Source: Curvularia clavata
Taxonomy: Eukaryota
Assembly (NCBI GenBank): GCA_023920165.1
Contig: CP089275.1
Span: forward strand, 1,240,001 to 1,304,000
Reading direction: 5' to 3'
DNA length: 64,000 nt
In this document: piece after piece, positions 11,686-25,284 of the stretch
Layout: each line of letters opens with the position of its first letter
How positions within the stretch are numbered: position 1 is the first letter of the stretch
Notes under the pieces: generated by a model
Told to the model about the DNA's origin: nothing
What the model saw: only the letters and a program-made list of their open reading frames with translations
The model's database searches: none
Translations under genes and position numbers: made by a program

Positions 11686-14130
11686 CGATGCTGCCTTGTT
11701 CGTTTTTACCGGACATCTTGTTTAATTCTTGAGGAAAGCGATATGAGGCTTTTTGGATTCCAGGCTGCGTTTCCCTGTCGTTTGGTGAAGTTCAATATTG
11801 CGTTTCAGGTTCAATGTAGCTTTCGATTGGAAGAGTGGTATCAGGTGCCGGAATTAGAAAGGTTAAAGTAAGAACTCAAAACTCTTCAATTCTTTGGTGC
11901 TCTATCCTGCGCCTCGACTTCCTTGACGCAAAGCAAATCGTAACAATGATGCTTTCATGACTCTTCCTCGGATCAATGTCCTGACGTCAATAGTATTAAC
12001 GGCATTAGTACCATCGTTCCAACAGTCTGACTTCATATTCTAGATATCGACTGCTCGAAGCCGAAGGCATACTGATGTTTTGCAAATTCCCAAAGTTGCC
12101 CATCGTCTTGGTGATCGATATCTAGAGTTGGAGACAGGCATCACCCACACCACGGCCCGGCATGTATATATTGCGCTAATACCAATTGGAACTAGCGCCT
12201 TGCTACTCCAACACTCCATCCTTCCATCCTCACCGCTTGCACGCGCCAGCAACGATCCTACAAGCAGACTAACACCATCGACACCATCGACAGCACTCCC
12301 CCCTGACACACCGCCAGTCGCCTGTTTCCGTTGCCTCAGCATCAAACCGCCTACGCAACACTCTCTTGGCACAATCCCTCCTGCCGTTGGCACATCGGCG
12401 CTGTGCAACACCGACATACCGATGCCGATGGATGCACACCTTCGCCCCGCCGCACTACGGCCCGTTCATTTAGGGAGGACGATGCAACAGCGGGATGATG
12501 AGCGGTCTTGTTGGAGTGAGCGAGAGACAGAGAGAGGGACACGCGTTCACGTGCGCGGCCCGCCTCATCACTTGCATCAATCCTGTTTTTGTGTCTAGAA
12601 AGGTTGTCGTTGTTGTCGTCGGCGGCGGCAAAACGAAGCTGAAGGATTGCCCGACTCGTGTGCACTTGCTTGATGCAAATCGCGCGATACGTTCCGACAA
12701 ATGTGCCGACTTACATACGCATGTACGTGCATATATGCAAGAATGGAAATTGGGAATTGCCCATCTTCGCCTTGTCTGTTTCTCGCCGTGTCTCACACAG
12801 GTCAAAGATGTTCAACCCCCCGGACCCCCCCGCACGAACCCATTTTCCTTTTCAGTCAAGCCAAAGCGTCATGACATGAGTCTTGTCGTTTGACTGTTTG
12901 ATTCCTTTTCGCCTTTCGTTTGGGTCCGTCGCGAGTCAGAATCAATGAATCAATGAACGAATGGCTTTGGCCACTAATAGGCCGCTTTAAGTACGTGCTG
13001 TGTGAAGTAGTTTGTGACACTTGGCTGTGTCTGCGAATCATGAAAAGGAATAATGCCTAGGTCACCACTGTGTTACTACGAGAGAGAGAAAGGAAAAGGC
13101 GAAGTACATATGCTAGTCCTGATAATCTGCTTCAGTATCAAATCTGCATGCAGCATATGAGCATACACCAAAGATATCGCTTAAAGTGTAAAAACGGTTT
13201 CCCTCTTCATCTCTTACCTCTACACCCTCTATCCCTGTCCCTCTGAGATTACACAGATTGCAGAAAAACAAATTGTACAAGAAGCAAGGAAAACGGAGAA
13301 CGTTAAGTGGCTGCCCGTTCATTGTTTTGTTTTGTTTTCCGCTCAGTAGGCTAAAACATACTTACACGTTGATCACCCGAGCATGAGTATTTTTCCTTTG
13401 TGTTTCTTTTTTGTTTGGAGAGGGAGGGGTAGCGCCATTTGCTCTTTAGAGCACACATGTAGACTCCCTAGCTGCAAAGAATCCCGGAGCGAGATACCCA
13501 GTAAGGACCAGGAGGAAGGGAAAAAACAAAAACAACAGTATATGCGGCAATGTAAGCAGCTGGAACTGCAGCGGCGCATTTGCTGCATTTGGTGCAGATG
13601 TAATGGTGATCTTAAAATTAGGGAACAGGGGTTGATGTACGTACTTCCACATATGTAATATGTATGTAGGTTAGGGTAAGGGATTTTATACAAAGACTGT
13701 ATGGTTGGGCGTTATGTTTATCTTGGTGTTCCTTTGTTTCGTGATTTGTCTTCGTTACCTCTGTGCGCTGACGTAGCTAGGATGCAAACCTTGGAGACCT
13801 ATCGTCTTGTAGAAAGACCGCAAAATGCAAGCTGTGACAGGGTAAAATGTGTGGATTTTTACAAAAGAGCATTGAGCTGCATGCTTGAACCTTGATAAGA
13901 CTATGCGCATACCCGGCGTATGCATACTGTATGTGAATGTTTATCGCCGTTGATGCCCCACTCCAAGTGCCAAGCATATATTGTGTTGCATCATCCCAAC
14001 GCACTTCTCCATCTATACCCGAGCAAAAGAGAAGAGGTGCCTGGCTTCATGCAATGCAATGCAATCCGCGGCCCTTCATCTGTATAATACATATCTGACT
14101 GCATACAGAACGCAGGAGTAGCTAGCTTCT

Positions 14131-16503
14131 TTATCCCTGCAGCCGCTGACGAATCTCAGCCACGACATTTCGGATACGAGGCTCCTTGACTTTCTGCTCA
14201 GCACGGGTGACAGCATCACCAATTTGCAGAATGTCGCGGCCAGCCTCACAAAAATCTGAGCCAAGACAGAGAAGCGTGCCAGTCGCCACCAGCGCACGGT
14301 AGACGGCTTCAGAGTCAGTAGCTGTAGTAAGCACCTTTGAAAGATCGTCCAGGAGCGACAGCGCGCGGTCCGCGTTGTTCTCGGAATTCAGGAGCACCGA
14401 GTAATTGATGTATAGCGTGGTGAGCGCAATGATCAAGTTGCGGTTGGTCGACCTAAGGAATGGTGATACCAAAGGATGGATGGTATCAAACTCTGTGCTG
14501 GCAACGAGTCTGCCCTTTTCAGTCTGCAGTAGATTGCTGAGACACCTTATTGCCATCATGGTGTTGTTGGGGGGAGATGACTCGCTAAAGACGCCAGATT
14601 CGACAAGGGCGGGTAACAAGCTTTGCTCAGGCGACACAAGGAATGCTGCTGGTTCCTCGAAGGCGAGGACTAGCCGCAGCAGATCGAGGGCAGGTAGTCG
14701 CTTCTCTGCCGGCCATTGAGTTGCTGCCTTGAGAAGCAGTTCGACACCAGTAATGTCGATTCCCTTGCTGTTTCCTTTCTCAAGCGCACTCACAGTTACA
14801 CTCAACTGCTCGATATCTGAAGGGTTCAGCGAAACACCCTTTTGACCATCGTCAACCAACGCTTGGTTAAACTCGGTGAGCTTCTTAAAGATGATCTTGT
14901 GATTACCAGCAGTGATGGGGAGGTAGTCCTTCTGTGGGAGTATCTTGGTTGCTGGCGGCGCAGCCTGCGGTTGCGAAGAGACTTGGTTAGCGTCTCCTGG
15001 GCGGTATCGTGCGTCTGTGCCCCATGGATCTGCACCTTGGGCGGTGCTCTGACCTAGCGTTGCACCTTGTGTGTTCTGAATGATGAAGTTTGCAACCTGG
15101 TCGAGATATGTCAGGGGTAGCTCGTTGTCCTCGATGAACTTGCGCGCGACTTCATAGTGGTTTTGGTTGAGGTTATAGGGCAGCTTCAATGGAGGCTTGC
15201 CATCTTCAATGTCAACGTCAAAGACATAGTCGTACTCTTTTCCGGCATACGAGACCTTGCGTCCACCGCTTCCGGCAGAATCGACTACAGTGCCAACATT
15301 TACCCACTGGTTCGCAGCAGCAGACCACTGATATGCCGAAACATTGCCGTTCATTTCCTTGATCATTTGAACCTGGCCCTCCTTTGTACCGGACCGCTGG
15401 GTGAGGAACTCAGGACCTGGTAGCTGTTCCTTGTTGATGTCGCCCACAGTCTGTTGTGGGATTGCTGATGCCTTGACATTATCGATGAACTGCTGAATCT
15501 CGGTCTCAGCAGCATATCGGGACTGGTCGCGAGTAAAGACGCGTGCAAGTTTATCACTCGCACCAGTGACGATATCGCCATTCTCTTGACACACAGCCAC
15601 CGACCACACCGAGATGGCTGGGTGGGTAATGGTCTGTATACATTGGTTGTTTTCCCATATGCGCACGGTCCGATCTTCGCCAGCACTCACAAGGCCACCG
15701 TTGGGGAGGACGGCGAGTGAGTAAATGAAGTTTTCATGCCCATGCAGCTCCGCCACCTGCTTTCCGGTAAGGGTCCATAAGCGAATGACAGCATCATTGC
15801 CAGCTGAGGCGAATTGGGCTCCCGAGGGGTGGTCCAATGGCAATCGACAGAGCGCGCGGACGACTTCGGGTGCTTGGAACGAGCGTACTGGTGATGCAGC
15901 ACCTGATATGTTGTAGACGCGGATTTGCTTGTCCGCACAGCCTGTAATGATAGTATTGGCATCGTAGGCAAGGACAGCCCATACCGACGCAGTGTGACCT
16001 TGTAGCACGGTAGACTCGCCCCACTTGCCAACCTCCCACAAGCGCGCTTCCATGTCCCAACTACCGCTGACAATGTATCTCCCGTCCTCACTGACGTCGA
16101 GTGCGCAGACATTGTTGCCGTGCCCTATCAGCAGTGCGTCGGCGTCAGCATCGAGGTTCTTGCTAGGCGAGCGGACATCGATGATCTGGTCTTTGCCGCC
16201 AGAGACAATGAGGCCCTCGGGGAAAGAGGATGAGGGTGGGACGACGGCGAGAGAATTGACGAATTCCTTGCCGTGTGTTTTTATGGAGCTATCCCATGCG
16301 GGCGGGGTTGTTGATTGCTGTGTCCAGGCACGAACGGTAAAGTCTCGCGATGCAGAGAAGATGGAGGCGGGAGAGGGGAAGACGACGCTGCGAACCTGGG
16401 CGGCGAGTTAGTTTGGTTGACTGGACAGGGCGTATATAGTCTAGGGTACGCTTACGTCGTCCTCGTGGCCGCGAAGAGTGGCTGATAGCTTGAAATCGGC
16501 CAT
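14131..16503 (-). CDS. DOA1: Ubiquitin homeostasis protein Doa1/Ufd3/Lub1 (PLAA homologue; WD40-PFU-PUL)
   Basis: Exon 1 16503-16456 (MADFKLSATLRGHEDD), intron 16455-16396, exon 2 16395-14131. WD40 repeats, PFU motif YAGKEYDYVFDVDIEDGKPPLKLPYN and a C-terminal helical PUL domain; 770 aa. Confidence 0.95.
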
Positions 16504-18553
16504 GATGAAGCTGCGCGGGGTCGCTCGGGGGTGGGGGAGCTGGGCAACGGGGGGCGAAGGTGGAAAGGGAAAAGCGCTAATTAGTCAAGCCAGACGCAAC
16601 GTGCAAATGCATACGCATGAGCGTCACGCGGTCGAGCAAAAGGCGGGTGTATGGGAGGCGGCGTGTGTTTGCGGTAGACTGGTGGTCATTGAAGCCATCA
16701 CCACTGTCGACGTCAACTTCTGGCGAGACGGGCGACCCACCTACCCCGGCCCATGCTTCCTTCCTCTTGCCGTTACTCTCCCGCCTTGGCCTTGGCAAAG
16801 CACAATGGTCGCCCGCCGCTCCTCAACACCACACTTGCGGCTTCACGATCTTTTATGAAACGCGTCTGGCACGGAAGCTGGCCCGCTGCCTTGGTCTCGA
16901 CCGAACTCGACCATGTCGTCTCGGCCGATAGCTGCGAACATGATGCCAGGGCATGCACAGAAGGCGTACGCCCCCACGCCCTTTGTTCTTCCTCAGCTGG
17001 TTCCCAGCCGCCGGGCAATGTCTAGACTGAGGACAATACAAAGTCTCGCCACCAAGCGACCAGATCAGATCTGTCTCCCGCCCGCTGGCCTGGAACGTGG
17101 CTTGCGGCTCGAGGCCAGTGCTGCGTCTGGCCGATTCGATATCTGGCACGTGTGGCACGTGAGGAACAGGACGCCATCAAGTGCAGTAGTCGCTGCTCGG
17201 AGACCGCGCAAGCATCAACCCAATCGTACCATACAAAACTTAATGCCTCTCGCCACGATTGTCGCTTCTCCGCTGTCAGGCCATGATCGCTTGCGGTTGC
17301 AGCGCCACAATGCGCCTCGATGGCTCTGCTCAACTCGCTCTCGCGCCATTGGCGTTGGTGGGCGACATTCCAGACCCACACCTGCATCGAACTGTATCGG
17401 AAGCTGAGCACCAAAGTCGACGTCGGCATAATTCCTTGGTCTCCTGTTCGTGGCAAGATGCAGCAACGTTTGGGATTTCCTTGGAGAAGCACAAAGATGC
17501 GCATCTGCCGCTGTGGCGCCTCACCACACCTACTCACCATGGGCCCAGATGCGCTCCCTTTCTCCCTTTCTCTGTGCTGCCGTCCCCTACCCCGCTTCGC
17601 TGGCACCATCGCGGAGTACGGGAGGCTTGTTTCGCCGACCGCCTAGAGTCAGTCAGTAGCGGCGGCAAAGGCTCTCGTGCGCAAAGCAAATGAGTCTGCA
17701 TCACCTTTTGCATGTCCCGGGTCAATTGTGTATGGTTGTGCTCTGCAGCCGCTTGTTTGGCTGGCCTCCACCTCTCCTGTGCCTCGCATGCATTCATGCC
17801 GCCCTCAGACGTCGCGTTCGGCATCGCACAACCAGCCGCTAGGCCATTAGGCTTTCGCGTGACAATGCTGACCCTGTCACTCCAGATGCGCTTGCAAGAA
17901 GTTGCCCAATCTGGTTGTAGCCCAGGGAACGCTACGCCCAAGCCAAGCCATTGGGACCATTTGGCGAAGCGTTGCGTGTCAGCTCAAATTTTGGGCCGCC
18001 GACGCAACGAAGGGACACCCTGTGACCGGCCTAGGACCGGTCCATGGACCAGCCCTTGTCATCCAAATGAGCGCGCCTCTTCGACTTGACGCCCGTGTGC
18101 CATGGCTGCCAGCATGCGGGCGGGCAGGCCTACAAGAGAGGCCTTGTCCCGCTCTGAAGCATTCACTTCTCTGCTCGCACCTCGATCTGCACTCAACCAC
18201 TGAGATCACAATAAGCTCTGGATAGTCGGCCCGGCCATTAGCTTCCTCCGCCGCCCTTGACGATCCGGCAAGTTTGGTCCCTTTGGCTCAGCCCTACCAC
18301 ACACTTGGACCCGCACGGCGCTTCCGTGAGATCATCGCCGACCCCTACGTACCCCTACGCACTGTTGCGTACGTAGCCATACCAGGGCTCAGTCACAACA
18401 ACGCTGCCGTTGGCCGCGACTCATTTTTTCCTTTTTAAAGCAGGGTCCCAGGAACATCTGCTTCAAAAAGCCTTCTCTCGCCAGCTTGAGTTGATCAAGA
18501 CATACACCAAGACTCTCGCCTCCATTCTAGCAATTTCACTCTATACTTGCACC

Positions 18554-19921
18554 ATGGATGCCCCCATGATTGAGCTGAAGTCTGCCCTGGCCTCGTAAGT
18601 AGTAGCCAAACATCTACCCAACTCCAGCTAAGTCTTTTCAGACTGTTTCAATCTAGCCAGTACTCAGATCTGACCATCGTTTGTGGAGCCAAAAGATACC
18701 CAGTACACCGTCTGCTTCTCGCAACCCGATCAACCTTTTTCGAGGGTGCCTGCCGCGGTGGCTTCAGAGAAGCAGAGACTGGAGTCATTGACCTGACCGA
18801 TGACGATGCCGAGGCTGTGGAACACATGATCCACTGTAAGCACCTAAACCACCATGGCAATCCCATGGGGTATGCTGACACATTTCAGACTTCTATCACA
18901 TGGACTACCTGACCAAGAAACCACTGTCGCGCCGCTCGTCGCAGCGATCAAACCGCCCAACATCACTACGATCGCCACGTCTCCCAAAGCAAACACCATC
19001 CAGGAAACTTTCTCTTGCAGCTAGCGAGGACCCGTTATTAGCGCTCGTGGCCGCCGCTATGCCGTTGACCCCTCCACCAAGCGAGCCGACGTTCCAGAAC
19101 ATCGATACCTCTACCAAGTTGCCCGCTTCCCCGACCGCCGAAGAATTTGTTGAAGATGACGATGTTGAGAGTGTGCACTCTGAGCCCGAGTTGGACACTG
19201 AGTCGACACACCTGATCACACATGCTAAGGTCTATGCAATCGCTGAGAAGTAAGTGCCACTTTCCTTGTGTCCTCAATTTCCTGTTTGCTTTTCCTCACC
19301 CTTGTCCCTGGCTTGCGGGGCCGCCTGCATCTGCATCTGCAGTGTTGCTTCCCGTGATGCTGTGCATCCCACGGCGTTTACAAACGCCGACCAACCCCGC
19401 CATGGCGTCACCAGCATCAGCACCATACCAATCAGCGACCCCGACGCGTTTCCCCCGTGTCACCGTCCCCCCGAATGCCCATCTCTGCTCTGTTTTTCTT
19501 TTCTGTCGACGACTGCAACACCGACCAATGACTGTCATTTCCAAGCCTCAAAAATGTGGTTTCGAAACAGAACGCGTCAGCTTCCTTCTGCCTCTGCATT
19601 CACCCAACCGTTGCGCATGACATACAGTAGCTAACAGTTCCTTGCAGATATGGCATTGCTGGTTTGAAAGAGCTTGCGCGTAGCAAGTTTGCCGATCAAA
19701 TCGACTTGCATCTCAGTAGCCCCGACTTTTCAGAGGCGTGCCAAGAGGCATACGAATCCACCTTCCACACGGACCGTGGCCTACGTGACGTTATCATTCA
19801 GGCTTTCCGCGCAAACCCTAGCCTCTCGCTACGCCCTGATGTTGAGAGTATGGTACGAGAAACGCCTGGTCTTGCTTTTGAACTCTTTCGAATGGCCAGC
19901 GGTTTGCCCGTCTCCTCGTGA
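18554..19921 (+). CDS. BTB/POZ domain protein
   Basis: Spliced frame gives YSDLTIVCGAKRYPVHRLLLATRSTFFEGACRGGFREAETGVIDL...HAKVYAIAEKYGIAGLKELARSKF. Introns 18595-18641, 18836-18888 and 19250-19647. Confidence 0.9.
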
Positions 19922-22900
19922 GACGTTGGTGGCACGTCTATCTCTAGCGTTCTGAACCCCCCCCCCCCCAATCAGTCCAAGGCCTTGTCAGCCTGTGGCA
20001 ATACCCGCATTGGAGAAACATGCATACTATCAGGGTGTCTCTTATATCTCGTTGGTTTTCTTTTGCCGCGGACAACACCCCTCCATCTCTTTGAGGCATC
20101 CCGCGAAGGCCCATCCTTGGAAGAAGGATAACTTGCGGCGATTGCGCACCACGATGCCTCGCAGTGGTCGTTGGCGTCTCTACGACACGCGTGACAACAG
20201 CCACATTCGGCCACCAGCGTCAAGCGGGGTACAGCTTGTCTTACAAGCTGCGTCGACCTACGCATGCGCTACAACAACCACACCTGGCTCTAAGCAGCCA
20301 GTCATATCCAGCTGTGGCACTGAGGATCGCCCAAGCTTCAGCTTGTAATTTTATTCTTCATACTCTTTTCTTTTCTTCTAGCCGTTCCTCTGGTAATCGT
20401 AGCGATATCACTTAGCGAAATTAGCCTATCTAGCTCACCAATGTAAACTCGAATCACTTGATGTGATCTGATTTCTTATCATGACTGGGATGTGTGCTCT
20501 TTGCTTGGAGTGATACCGATTTGCAAGTTGAAAGCCACTAAAAGCAAAGCCCTACAGCTGAGCAATTGTCGATATTGGCAGTTTCAAAAGGTACAGCGGT
20601 GTTATATCCCACGATAACGTCAAGAGAAAATGCAATTGCTACGTAAAACAATTACCTTACCGTGTTACAACAGCGTAGGCACCTGCCTTCGCTCTCTGAA
20701 ACAAGACGCCCTCCTTTCCCATCCAGTAGAAATTCATCGCCACATCAAATCCAGGCACAAGGTGCAGGAGTTGTGTATGTGGCTGAACAGCAGGCAACAC
20801 TTGTCGTATTTTCTTTTCTTTTCCTCCACTCCCTTCGATGCAGGGACGATCTGCACATGCGCGCCTCCCCCCCCCGTCTCCATACTCCGCGGCGGTCCGT
20901 CCCTGATTTACGGTCGTGTAACCTATTCGTCTCATCTTACTCTCACATCCACCCCTACACATGCATGTGTTGACGCATCCTCAATATTGGATCTTCATGA
21001 ATTGAGCTCAAAAAGGCAGTTCATTTCAGGCATTGATGTTCAACAAGAGATGCAGGTACATGCATGCAGAGGGGAGGAAGGGGGGGCTGAAAGTAGAAAT
21101 TTTTGCCACAGTAAAGCTGAACGGCTGAACTGCATAATCGATGATAGGACCAATTGGGCTAGAGATAGGGATCTGGTACTTTTGTGAGGTAGGTGGCGTC
21201 GCGTGCATAGCCGATGTAGTACAATGGATTTGTATAGTGGCGTAGCTGTAGGTAGAGATTTGGTACTCATAAAAAACTATGTACAGTACCTCAAATGCTC
21301 GACATGGCATCTTCATGGACTAGATTCTGTCGTTTTGTGGTTGTTTGTGGATTTTTAAATTTCGGCGGTGATTTTGTAGTCTTGGAGATCGAAATAAGAC
21401 GTATTTCGCAAACGTAGAATGAAGCTCCCCTGTCGTATGGGGGTTTTGTTGGGTTCAGGTGCGGTCTCCAGCAGAATTGATGTGATTTCGATGATTCACA
21501 GCCGGTGAAAAGGCGGATAGTGACAAGAGCCGAACGTCACTAGCCTGATGTTACAACGCGAATCTCGCATCTAGATCCTAAATCGACATTTGTGAGTAAA
21601 GCGTTCCAGGTCCTGGAGGATAGGGTTTTCCTTAGGAGATGAGAAGAGAAGCCTAGCCTAGACATGTGCATACAGAGGATCATACCAGATGGAAAGGACG
21701 AGGGGGAAGTAAGACGGAGGAATGTAAGGAAATGCATGAGGGAATTTGGATAGGAAGAGGGGGGAAGCACGGCCAAATCAGCGTGGTGTGAGTCCGATGG
21801 AATAGGTATCGAGAGACGAGGTATCAAGAGGAGACACTGCAATCTCTTGCTTTACCTACCAACCTACCTCAGGGACTCTTGAGTATCAAGCCGAAATTAT
21901 GAAGTTTATCCCTGGTCTTCTTGCCCTTGCCTTCCAGGCCACTGCTGTTCTTAGTACAGCTGCTCCTAATATCAGCCCGAAGCTGCCTACACCGCTCTGA
22001 TCGAAGAGTGCGATGCTCTTGGTACATGTATCTTGCATTCTTCCTCCTCAGTCCTCAAATTGCAGTCACATGTTTACTCATCCCGCCAACAGGTTATGAA
22101 AGTTCCCGAGGGCGCCGACCCATCCCAGTACCGCAAGTGCGCTGAGCATCCTCTTGACGAGAACCACTGCCTGTACAGCACATCGTACGAGCCGCTCGAG
22201 GCGTCGCTGCTCTGGTAAATATTGATGGAGGGCTTGTGTAAACTCGGTGATGGCAAATGGTGCTGGACGGCGGCTGGTGACGGAGGCGGCGAATGGCTTC
22301 AGCGTGCTACCTATAATGACTGCGACCCCAAAGCTGCTTGAGGAAAGGGCTGCTTCGGTAACAAGGCTTGTAGCTATGGATGGTAAGCGGAAGGATCACG
22401 GGACGCGGGCCGGCAGACGGGATGGGGTTGCTCATTTTGCTGGTATCTTGCCTGAATACGGAATTATTCAAGGACGGGGAGTAAAGCATAAGCTCGGGAA
22501 CGGTAACTTAGGTCTATGTTACTCTGACGGTTTAGCTACGACTCTGCTGTGGTGATATCGATGACATCTTCTATAAGTGTAACCTGTTCTTTCGCATGTG
22601 ATGCATGAACCAGAGTTTCTTTCCTATTTCTGAGGGTTTGGTCTCAATCGTATTTCACACCCGTGTTGTCGAGGCATTAGCAGCATGCAGTGACTATGTG
22701 AGGTTACCGTCCATTCGAACGGCGTTGAAACAGAGGTCAAGGCAACCGATCCAGTAGTTCCGAGGCTATTTCCCTGAAGTTTTCCTGCAGTGCAAGCATA
22801 CAGGTGAATAAAGTACGCCAAATCCAATCCAAGATTCATAGTTGCGACCAGAAGGTGAATCAACTTGTTTTGAGGTCCGTTTGGATGGAATTTCTCGAGT

Positions 22901-24207
22901 TCGGAGGACAGATACTGGTCGTTACAGGCATCATGATTTGCCTGTTCCTTCCGATTCTGATGTCGAAGATGGTCGCCAGGCTGAGGAGTTGCATCCCAAG
23001 TTTTTTTGGTGGAGTCGAATGTATCAAGATATCCAGTTGAACGGGCTCGAATGCGGACTTGCAAGCCCCCACGAAAACGGAAGTATCTATGGTTTTAGAT
23101 ACTCCGAGCCTGGTGCGGTACTTACAGATGTGGTATTCCGTTTCGATAACCTTGATACAGGGATGACTGTGTCTGTGGCATATTGCAGAGACTAGGACTG
23201 GGGGACATGCGAGCGAGTTTCGTTGAACTCTTGGACCATGCTTGCGCAGCAGTTCGAACGTAGCTCTGATTCGTGTGTTGAACCGGAGGGTCCGAATGCA
23301 TCCGAGTGGATATTTTTCGCATGATCTAGTTGTCCGAGATTTGTTCGTACCTAACAGATCAACAAAGGTACCTGTTTTCTCATGGTTTCTTCCATCATTC
23401 TGTGTTCAATCTATCCTGACGATTCCATTTCTTCATCAAAGCTCGTCCTTCCCATGTTTCCAGCTCATCGTAGGAATATTCGTATATCCAGGATCCAGGG
23501 TTGGAACATTTTAGGTGTTTGCGTCTGATCAGTGATGAAGGTACATCTGTGATATGTTCGAAACTTCGGTCAGCAGGCTTCGCACAAGTGGTCGAGGGTG
23601 GATTATAAGACGGTGATGACATTGGGGACCCGACGACGTCCGGGCGCTAATGTGGTTCGCGCTTACCACCTGCAGAAGCAAATTCTCCGCACTCCGGACA
23701 TGCTTCCCCGAGGGTCAAATGATGCAAACTGTTCTTCCAATCAAAGTTTGCGCCAGTCTGAAAATACTGGTTCTGGAGAATCTAGAAGGATATGTGGAAG
23801 TGTACACTTTGTGCAGCCCGACGCTGATTGGTCCTCACTTGATGTCGCTCAGGCACTCCCGCAACGGAACTGGAAAAAGGGGATCATAATGAAGTCATGA
23901 TATCTCAAGAATTTTCTCGAGATTAATTATATCATCGAAGAAAATCGGAAATGATATCAGCTTGAGTAACAACCCCCATCAGGACTAAAAAACTGTAGTC
24001 AAACTTTGAAAATTTCTGTCAAGATTGTCACTTATTCAACTGTTACTGTGAATGAGGGAAAAGAACCGAAAGAAGAGTGGACATCATTTTGAATTATCAT
24101 TAATGTTTATCATAGAGTCTTGATCTTGTCTCCGAGACTGATAACAAAGTCGAGATCAATCCGTCAATCGTAACCGTCTCCCGTAGCCATCATAGCAGAA
24201 TGCGCGC

Positions 24208-25284
24208 TTAAGAAGGAGGCGAGGTAGGCTCAGGGACGCCAGGAGGACAGTGCCTAAATATTCTGTTAGCTAAGGTCAGGTATAAGGAGTCGACAAATTT
24301 CTTACCAGTGGTCGTTGTGGGGCTCGCAGGCCTCAGCGGGTGAAGCTGCCCCGGTGGCTGAAGCAGATGCCGTGACAGAGGTAGCAGAGGCACTAGCAGA
24401 GGCAGAGGGAGTGGCGGAAGGAGCAGCAGCAGATGAGGCAGAAGAAGACTCCTCAGCCGCGGCGTAGCGACCAGGGCAACCAACACCAGGAACAGCAATG
24501 TCATAAGCATAGACCTCAAGCGCAAAGTACTGGATGGTGTCGCTGTCCCTGGCAGAGAAGGTTGCATTGTTCTTCGCAAGGTTGATGACACTGGGGTACT
24601 TCTCCTCTTCCTCGTTGGTATAATGCTCTACCACACCCTCACCGACAGGGGGAAGGTGGAGGAGACGGTGTATAAGATCAGAGGCCCAATAGAAGTTAGT
24701 AGGGCCGTTGGCGACATTGTAGCCATGCATGCACATGGCCTCGAGAGGCTTGCGGACTTGGTAGGAGAGGTCGCAAATGACGGTCTCTGACGAGGCGTTG
24801 GCTCCACGCCAGTGACCAGCCCAGCCTATTTCTTGTTAGTCACTGGCGAATCTTCTATTTGGGTGGAATGCTGCTTACCACTCTGGTGGCAGTTGCCGTC
24901 AATGTCATCGCATCGGAAGAGAATGCCCGCCTTGTCGCCGTCGGCGATCTTGGTGTACCAGCCGATTGGCTCACCGGTGGGAGAGTCGCCAAAGTATTTT
25001 GTGTAGATCTGGGACTCGTTGCCCCAGCGGAGGATGTGGTCGCGGGCATGACGGGCAAGGATGATTGCCTCGTCAAGACCTTTTTGGAGCATCGTGCGTT
25101 GAGTAGCATTGCAAGATGCATGGATGGGGAAGCTGTCGACAGCACCCGTGTTCCATGTGGAAGAACCGACAGCGATCTGCGCGTTTTCGCTGGTGGTGAT
25201 GGTAAAGGTGTCGCGGGGCGCGATAGGTCCAGCCATGACGGCGGAGGCTCCGAGGAGCACAAAGGCAGCAGCACGAACAGACAT
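24208..25284 (-). CDS. PRA1: Secreted zincophore, Pra1/Asp f 2 family (HRXXH domain)
   Basis: Signal peptide; motifs FPIHASCNATQ, HARDH, GWAGHWRG, HRLLH and QYFALEVYAYDIAVPGVGC; Ser/Ala linker; C-terminal CEPHNDHWHC. Exons 25284-24879, 24825-24306 and 24253-24208. Confidence 0.93.

Noticed and set aside
13665..13685. GGTTAGGGT(AAGGG), resembling a telomerase RNA template or telomeric seed in a 2.4-kb intergenic gap
   Set aside because: A 9-nt match to TTAGGG permutations is expected a few times in 64 kb, and I could not identify a pseudoknot or CR4/5 element.
16504..18553. Many overlapping 100-195 aa ORFs between DOA1 and the BTB gene
   Set aside because: GC-rich divergent promoter/leader region; the ORFs have no domains or coherent splice structure.
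19955..19970. Poly-C run after the BTB gene, and other A/T homopolymers and (GT)n tracts
   Set aside because: Ordinary simple repeats in UTR or intergenic DNA.
22572..22595. AAGTGTAACCTGTTCTTT, resembling the U2 branch-recognition region
   Set aside because: GTAGTA is missing and the flanks do not match U2.
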